From contig CAWFKQ010000005.1 in assembly GCA_963816395.1 (NCBI GenBank), positions 224,001-288,000 of the forward strand: a stretch of DNA of 64,000 bases, given 5' to 3'. Below are positions 58,216 to 64,000 of the stretch, in pieces. The notes beneath the pieces are model-generated. The model was not told the origin of the DNA and did not search any database. It was given only the letters and a program-made list of their open reading frames with translations. Positions within the stretch are counted from its first letter, which is position 1. Each line of letters begins with the position of its first letter. The stretch comes from an uncultured delta proteobacterium (GTDB lineage Bacteria; Desulfobacterota; Desulfuromonadia; Desulfuromonadales; JACZKF01). Made by a program: the position numbers and the translations under genes.

Positions 58216-58614
58216 ATGATGGATCGACACCTGGACTGGCTGCGGCAGGCGGAAAACGACCTCGAATGGGGCCAGCATTCGTTGGTGGGGAATTTTTTCG
58301 CCCAATGCTGTTTTATTGCCCAGCAGGCCGGCGAAAAAGCACTGAAAGCCTACTGCTTCGCGCGAGGGTACGATGTCATCCGCACCCATTCCCTGTTTCA
58401 GATTGTGAAAACCCTCGGGGAAAACGGCATTCTGGAAATGCGCGCGCGGGAACTGGATCTCTATTACATTACCGCCCGTTATCCCGATGCTTTCCCCGCC
58501 GGAGCACCGTTCGAGATCATCACGGCCGAGCAGGCTGAACGCGCATTGCAGGGAGCGAGAGAAATAATCACCGCCATCCGGGACCGCCTGGGCCATGCCG
58601 TCGAAAATCCTTGA
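58216..58614 (+). CDS. HEPN domain protein
   Basis: WLRQAENDL, CF.AQQA.EKALKA, THSL and YI.ARYPD motifs. Confidence 0.9.
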   Translation: MMDRHLDWLRQAENDLEWGQHSLVGNFFAQCCFIAQQAGEKALKAYCFARGYDVIRTHSLFQIVKTLGENGILEMRARELDLYYITARYPDAFPAGAPFEIITAEQAERALQGAREIITAIRDRLGHAVENP

Positions 58615-58948
58615 ACGCAGCCGGCCACGGGTCAGTGTTCTCGACTTCGACCCCGCCCGGGTCAAAAGCTTTCTCCAGGAGAAACTGATCGCCACTGGGG
58701 TGCAGGAAGCCTACCTTTTCGGTTCCTTCGCCCGCGACGAGTGTTCGCCCTGGTCTGATCTGGACATCGTCGCCATCAAACCCAGCAATCTTCCTTTCCT
58801 CGACCGCCCCCGCGAATTCACCGAAATCTTCGACCTCGGCCTACCTGTCCACCTCCTGATCTACACGCCGCAGGAATTCGCCCGACTTCGCGCCGAAGAC
58901 ACCCCTTTCTGGAAAGAGTTTGAAAGGGAGAAAGAACGAATTATTTGA
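58595..58948 (+). CDS. Minimal nucleotidyltransferase (MNT)
   Basis: LFGSFARDECSPWSDLD (GS-X10-DXD) and LLIYTPQEF. Confidence 0.9.
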   Translation: MPSKILERSRPRVSVLDFDPARVKSFLQEKLIATGVQEAYLFGSFARDECSPWSDLDIVAIKPSNLPFLDRPREFTEIFDLGLPVHLLIYTPQEFARLRAEDTPFWKEFEREKERII

Positions 58949-59016
58949 AGAAGGGGCAAGGCTATCGGTATGGCTATCGGTTTACAGCCCTACCTTGAAC
59001 CTTTGGCCTCAGTCCT

Positions 59017-60426
59017 CTAACAGCTCCCCTCCCGCCTGAACACCACCACCACCGTCCGGAAAAGGATCTGCAGGTCCAGCCAGACACTCCAGTTATCGAT
59101 GTAATCGAGATCGAGCCGCACAATCCTGTCGAAGTCGTCGATGCGATTGCGGCCGCTGATCTGCCATTTGCCGGTGATCCCCGGCTTGATGCTGATCCGC
59201 CGGCGGTGCCAGTTCTGGTACTCGGCTACTTCGGCGGGAGTTGGCGGGCGGGTGCCGACGAGACTCATTTCTCCCCTGAGGACGTTCCAGAACTGGGGGA
59301 ATTCGTCCAAGCTGGATTTGCGCAGGAACTTGCCGACCCGGGTTATGCGGGGGTCGTTCTTGATCTTGAAGATCGCCCCGCTCATCTCATTGCGGACCAT
59401 CAATTCCTGCTTGCGCTCTTCGGCATCCACCAACATAGAGCGGAATTTCCAGCACCTGAAGATACGTCCGCTTTCGCCGACACGTTCCTGGCCAAAGAAA
59501 ATCGGACCAGGGGAGTCAAGACGGATGGCCAGGGCAAGGAAGGGGAAGAGTACGGCAAGGAGGCCGAGCCCGACAAGAGCGCCGGCAATATCGATAACTC
59601 TTTTGAGAAATATCTGCTGAGCATCCATGGACTTGCTGTGAAAGGTCAGAAATGGAAGCTCCTGGAAGAGGCTCATCTCTTTTTTGGCATAAGAGACCTC
59701 ATAAAAGTCGAGAAGCATACGCACTGTGATGCCCAATTCTTCCAGTTCGCGCAGGTATTTTTCCGTATGGAGAGCCAAGCTTTTCGGCAGACAGAAGATG
59801 ACCTCATCGACGGGATACCCCTTACAGATCGAAACAATATCGTCAATATGCCCCAGTACCGGATGTCCGTTGAACTCCAGTGCCAGGGGGCAATCAGTCA
59901 CCTGGATGAAGCCAAGAAGGTTCAGCCCCCAGTCCTGCTGCTCTTCCACCACCTGGCAGAAGCGCAGGAGCTTTTCCCTGGTTCCAACAAGCAGGAGATT
60001 GCGGATATTGTAGCCCCGGCGGCGGAAGGCGCCGAGGATCAGGCGAAGCGAGATTTTTTCCAGGGTCAGAAGCAGGAAGGAAAAAAATCCGAAGGCTAGA
60101 TAGAGCCCCCGGCTGTACTCGTCTTTGTCCAGGAAGAAAATGGCGGCGGCGACCATGAAGCCGCCCGCAAGGTGAACATTGATCATCCGGGTGGTGATCT
60201 CATAGATGCTCAGCCGTCTGATCGAACCGAAAAAACCGTAGCGAGCCATCAACGCGTACCAGACCGGTGCAGCGAAAGCCAGGATCCAGAGGTAACCTGA
60301 AAAGGGGCGCGACAGGCCGGCAAATCGGCTGCGGATCAGGTATGCCAGCCAGAGGGCAAGGAACAGGATCAGGAAGTCGAAAATTATACTCGCCCTGCGA
60401 AAAAAAGGAGCCTGTTCTCTTAGCAT
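59017..60426 (-). CDS. Polyprenyl-phosphate glycosylphosphotransferase (WcaJ-like priming sugar transferase), copy 2
   Basis: N-terminal TM helices; KRVID, KFRSM, DPRITRVG.FLRK.SLDE.PQ and KPGITG motifs. Confidence 0.93.
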   Translation of the reverse strand: MLREQAPFFRRASIIFDFLILFLALWLAYLIRSRFAGLSRPFSGYLWILAFAAPVWYALMARYGFFGSIRRLSIYEITTRMINVHLAGGFMVAAAIFFLDKDEYSRGLYLAFGFFSFLLLTLEKISLRLILGAFRRRGYNIRNLLLVGTREKLLRFCQVVEEQQDWGLNLLGFIQVTDCPLALEFNGHPVLGHIDDIVSICKGYPVDEVIFCLPKSLALHTEKYLRELEELGITVRMLLDFYEVSYAKKEMSLFQELPFLTFHSKSMDAQQIFLKRVIDIAGALVGLGLLAVLFPFLALAIRLDSPGPIFFGQERVGESGRIFRCWKFRSMLVDAEERKQELMVRNEMSGAIFKIKNDPRITRVGKFLRKSSLDEFPQFWNVLRGEMSLVGTRPPTPAEVAEYQNWHRRRISIKPGITGKWQISGRNRIDDFDRIVRLDLDYIDNWSVWLDLQILFRTVVVVFRREGSC

Positions 60427-60445
60427 ACTTTTCAACTCACAAACA

Positions 60446-60466
60446 TGATTGGTGATTGGTGATTGG
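60446..60466 (+). repeat. Heptamer repeat TGATTGG x3
   Basis: Lies between the two sugar transferase genes. Confidence 0.75.
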
Positions 60467-60478
60467 TTTACTGAATCT

Positions 60479-61891
60479 TCAACAGCTTCCCTCCTGCCTG
60501 AAGACCACGAAAAATGTCTTCAGCAGAATCCGGATATCCAGCCAGACATTCCAGTTGTCGATATAGTCGAGATCGAGTCGGACGATTTCATCGAAGTCTT
60601 CGATACGGTTGCGGCCGCTGACCTGCCATTTGCCGGTGATGCCGGGCTTGATAATGATGCGGCGGCGATGCCAGTTCTGGTACTCGGCCACTTCGGCGGG
60701 AGTTGGGGGGCGGGTGCCGACCAGGCTCATTTCTCCCTTGAGGACGTTCCAGAATTGAGGGAACTCATCGAGGCTGGTCTTGCGCAGGAATTTTCCGACT
60801 CGGGTGATCCGGGGGTCGTCCTTGATCTTGAAGATGGCTCCCTTCATCTGGTTCTGGGCCATCAGGTCCTTCTTTCGCTCCTCGGCATCGACATACATCG
60901 AGCGGAGTTTCCAGCATCTGAAAATGCGGCCGCTCTCGCCGACGCGGTCCTGGGAAAAGAAGATCGGTCCCGGGGAGTCCCTGCGAATGGCCAAGGCGAT
61001 AAAAGGGAAGAAAAGGGCAAAGAGGGTGAGTCCGACAAAGGCGCCCGTCATGTCGAGCAGGCGTTTGAGGAAGAGCTGCTGGGTATCGAGTGATTTGCTG
61101 TGAAAGGTCAGGAACGGGAGTTCGTTATGGAACAGGCTCAGCTCGCGTTTGGAGTAATAGACGTCGTAGAAATCGAGCAGCATGCGCACCGTAATCCCCA
61201 GCTCTTCCAGGTCGCGCAGGTAATCTTCGGCATTGAGAACAAAGTCCCTGGGCAGGCAGAAGACGACTTCATCGACAGGGTGTTTTTTACAGATTTCCAC
61301 CAAGTCGGCCACCTGCCCCAGCACGGGGTGGCCGGCAATCTCTTCGACCGGCGGATGGTCGGCCACCTGTACGAAACCAAGAACCTCCAACCCCCAGTCA
61401 CTGTGATCGACCAACAGCTCGCAGAAGCGCCGTGCTTTCTCTTTGGTACCGACGATAATCAGGTGGCGGATGTTGTAGCCGCGCCGCCGCAGAACACCGA
61501 GGATCTGGCGCAGGGAAACCTTTTCCAGCGTCAGGAGAAGGAAGGAAAAAAAGACAAAGCCGAGAAAAACACCGCGACTGTATGCCTGCCGGTCGAGAAA
61601 AAAGATGAAGGCGGCGACGGGGAGGCCACCCAGCAGATGCACGTTGACCATCCGGGTGATGATCTCGTAAGTGCTGATCCGGCGAAGAGAAGAGTAGAAT
61701 TGATAGCGCGTCAGGAGAAAATACCAGATGGGAGCGGCGATCAGCAGAATCCAGAAATAGCCCGAGAACGGGCGCAACAAATCTCCGCTTTGGCTGCGGG
61801 TCAGATAAGCGAGCCAGAGGGCGAGGATGAGTACGAGGAAATCCGCGAGAATGCAGGCCTTGCGGAAGAAGGATGCTTGTTCCTTCAGCAT
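60479..61891 (-). CDS. Polyprenyl-phosphate glycosylphosphotransferase (WcaJ-like priming sugar transferase), copy 1
   Basis: Same motifs as copy 2; full-length paralog of the adjacent gene. Confidence 0.93.
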   Translation of the reverse strand: MLKEQASFFRKACILADFLVLILALWLAYLTRSQSGDLLRPFSGYFWILLIAAPIWYFLLTRYQFYSSLRRISTYEIITRMVNVHLLGGLPVAAFIFFLDRQAYSRGVFLGFVFFSFLLLTLEKVSLRQILGVLRRRGYNIRHLIIVGTKEKARRFCELLVDHSDWGLEVLGFVQVADHPPVEEIAGHPVLGQVADLVEICKKHPVDEVVFCLPRDFVLNAEDYLRDLEELGITVRMLLDFYDVYYSKRELSLFHNELPFLTFHSKSLDTQQLFLKRLLDMTGAFVGLTLFALFFPFIALAIRRDSPGPIFFSQDRVGESGRIFRCWKLRSMYVDAEERKKDLMAQNQMKGAIFKIKDDPRITRVGKFLRKTSLDEFPQFWNVLKGEMSLVGTRPPTPAEVAEYQNWHRRRIIIKPGITGKWQVSGRNRIEDFDEIVRLDLDYIDNWNVWLDIRILLKTFFVVFRQEGSC

Positions 61892-62586
61892 GAATACCCC
61901 CCTGAGTATTTTTTCAGTAATGCCACGTCGGAGGCAAAGCCGAAGCCTCCCCCTTCTCCCATAGCGTTTCCAGCCGGCTTAAAAGAGCCCGGCCATTAAA
62001 TCCTAATCTGCGGTTTTCAACCGTTCACAGGAACCGCTTGACTTTGGCGTGGGACCGACTCACATGCAAATCAAAGGTAGTGAGAGAGAATGAAGGAAAG
62101 GAAGAGCTACCGGCTGTACTGGACTCATATGGAAGGATGGAGCAGGAGGTAGAACCCCGCCGCATAGCATAAAACCAAATGCCGCCCCGGAGGCGGCCTC
62201 CCCTCAAATCACCAGTAAAATACTTCCCGCAGAGCCAGCCAAAAAATCCTGCAAAAGCGGGATTAATTGAGAAGATAGAATACCCAATGTCCCTGGCAAG
62301 GACAAGAGTTTTCTTGCAGAAAAAACGTCCCGCGGTTCGCCCTTTGCAGAGGAATGAAGACCGTCCACGATGCCCCTAGCGTAGACTTCCCTTTTGTCCC
62401 TCAACTCCGCCTCTTGTACGGCAAACGAACCTGATCGCTGTCAAGGCCATCGAATTCAGGATCCTTGTGGACCAACCGCGCATTCTGTAGCATTGCCGAG
62501 GCTTCGATCCAGGCAATCAGGCAGGGAGACCTGATGTCTGGCCTGAAGCCCCTTGAAAATAATTGCATGGCAGCGGATTTCGGCTA

Positions 62587-62600
62587 CTATACTTGTATAG
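62587..62600. promoter_or_regulatory. Putative TA autoregulatory operator
   Basis: CTATAC-TT-GTATAG inverted repeat just upstream of the AAGGAGG RBS. Confidence 0.55.
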
Positions 62601-62614
62601 CAAAGGAGGTTGAG

Positions 62615-62839
62615 ATGCTAGCACTTCGTCTACCGGAAGATATCGAACGCCGCCTGGAAGCGCTGGCGAAGCGTTCAGGTCGCTCAAAATCGTTTTATGC
62701 CCGCGAAGCCATCCTCGAACATCTGGATGACCTGGAAGCGGCTTACCTCTCCGACGAGATATTGAAACGCGTCGAATCCGGCCAGGAACAGACGTATACC
62801 CTCGATGATCTGGAGAAAGAACTTGGCTTGGCGGATTGA
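62615..62839 (+). CDS. RelB-like ribbon-helix-helix antitoxin
   Basis: MLALRLPEDIERRLEALAKRSGRSKSFYAREAI; strong RBS. Confidence 0.9.
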   Translation: MLALRLPEDIERRLEALAKRSGRSKSFYAREAILEHLDDLEAAYLSDEILKRVESGQEQTYTLDDLEKELGLAD

Positions 62840-63116
62840 GATCACCAATACCGCCAAAAAGCAGTTGTCCAAGCTTGATCGTCAGGTCCAAACAGAGATC
62901 GTGCGCTATCTGCGGGAGAGGATCGGCACCGACGATGATCCGCGCCGATATGGCGCACCGTTGAGAAAAGAACTGGCAGGTCGCTGGAAGTATCGCGTTG
63001 GGGCCTATCGGCTGATCTGCGAGATTCAGGACGAAAAGATACTCATTCTGGTATTGATGGTAGGTCACCGAAGCAAGGTTTACGACAATCGATTTGTATC
63101 GGTAGTATCCGGTTAG
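62823..63116 (+). CDS. RelE/StbE family toxin
   Basis: MAWRIE..AKKQL.KLD, G.WKYRVGAYRLIC and VGHRSKVY; overlaps the antitoxin end. Confidence 0.92.
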   Translation: MAWRIEITNTAKKQLSKLDRQVQTEIVRYLRERIGTDDDPRRYGAPLRKELAGRWKYRVGAYRLICEIQDEKILILVLMVGHRSKVYDNRFVSVVSG

Positions 63117-63186
63117 AAAAATCACAATATCTCGACCGTTTAAGTCAACAAGTCACCTACGTCCCCGGCGCGGCTTGCCTGGCCAA

Positions 63187-63465
63187 TCAGCCGTAAACTT
63201 CATCGTGACTGCCGACATCGATCGGAATGATCTGCCCCTCCTTCAGGATCAGTTACAAGATAATCCGGTAGGTGATATTGATGGAAACGGAATGAAGGTC
63301 GTTCAAAGAGCCTTTCAGCAGTTGCAGGCGGAGAGAGGGATGAAAGGGGTCGAGTTCCAGGAGTTTTAAAGTCTTTTCGTATTGGGGGAGAAGATCGGGG
63401 TGCCTTTTGAGGAAGCGGGCTGCCCGCCTGTTGTAAGCCGGGGTATAGACGATCCGAAAATTCAT
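63187..63465 (-). pseudogene. RelE/YafQ-like toxin with an in-frame premature stop (TAA at 63253-63255)
   Basis: ...HSVSINITYRIIL*LILKEGQIIPIDVGSHDEVYG* continues in the same frame after the stop. Confidence 0.8.
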
Positions 63466-63728
63466 GGCTCCAGTTTCCGAAGGCGGGCGAGATGCTCATC
63501 CACACTTTCCTCGATCCCCTTTACTTCGGGGATTTCGCGTTTGGCCTGGTAAAGGGCGGCCTCCAGCTCACAAACCCGCAGCCGGTTATAAGTTTCCATG
63601 TCCACGACCACATAGCGGTTCTTCCCGCGTACCGAAATAATCGCCTCTTCCTGCTCCGCCAGTGCCGCATCGATGGCTGCAACGCCTTTTGTTTTGAGTT
63701 CGTTTGCAGGGATCGTCTTCATGGCCAT
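63462..63728 (-). CDS. Phd/YefM family antitoxin
   Basis: MKTIPANELKTKGV..EEAIISVRGKNRYVV; overlaps the toxin start. Confidence 0.88.
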   Translation of the reverse strand: MAMKTIPANELKTKGVAAIDAALAEQEEAIISVRGKNRYVVVDMETYNRLRVCELEAALYQAKREIPEVKGIEESVDEHLARLRKLEP

Positions 63729-64000
63729 TCTCCTCTTCTGCGATCATCAGCACCGTAAACAACACGATTGACAGTATCATTGAAGGCTTTTCGCAGTCAA
63801 GGGCAACGTCCCCCTGGGCTTACTCACACATTCCCAAGACGGGTTGCCGTGCCGAGGCATTTATTAAGTTTTGAACAGAAACTTGCAAAATCGATCTCCG
63901 TGATCAATCCTCACAGCAGGGGATGCTGAAACTTGGAGAGCCAGAGCCGATGAAAGGATGCGGTGAGTTGTTGTGAAACGGAACAGGTAATGCTAGTATT

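Noticed and set aside
62615..63728. Integron cassette array of TA genes
   Set aside because: No integrase and no convincing paired attC RYYYAAC/GTTRRRY structures found.

Overview
GC-rich bacterial chromosome segment. Gene content and order suggest a Desulfuromonas/Geobacter-like member of Desulfuromonadales (inference). Most of the window is core genome: tesB, gdhA, pgsA, nadB, pyrE-purF-purQ-purL-purB, gap-pgk-tpiA-secG, metY, trmL, and a long minus-strand run yceD-rpmF-plsX-fabD-fabG-acpP-fabF-rpiB-glyA-dCMP deaminase-nrdR-ribD-ribE-ribBA-ribH-nusB-hom. It also holds three tRNAs (Gly-GCC, Leu-GAG, Leu-CAG), two sensor kinases and a lipoprotein multiheme cytochrome c with a 207-bp triple repeat. 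The right end (~55-64 kb) is accessory: a porin, four toxin-antitoxin modules and two tandem priming glycosyltransferases. About 14 apparent single-base insertions break 10 otherwise intact genes, most likely long-read assembly errors. No CRISPR array, rRNA, integrase or transposase was seen. Best leads: a PPDK-like dikinase lacking the pyruvate-binding barrel and convergent with gdhA; a DnaA-box cluster away from dnaA; a hydrolase-type short RSH gene divergent from dksA/traR; a stand-alone DAHP-synthase regulatory domain next to chorismate mutase; and a family of intergenic heptamer repeats.
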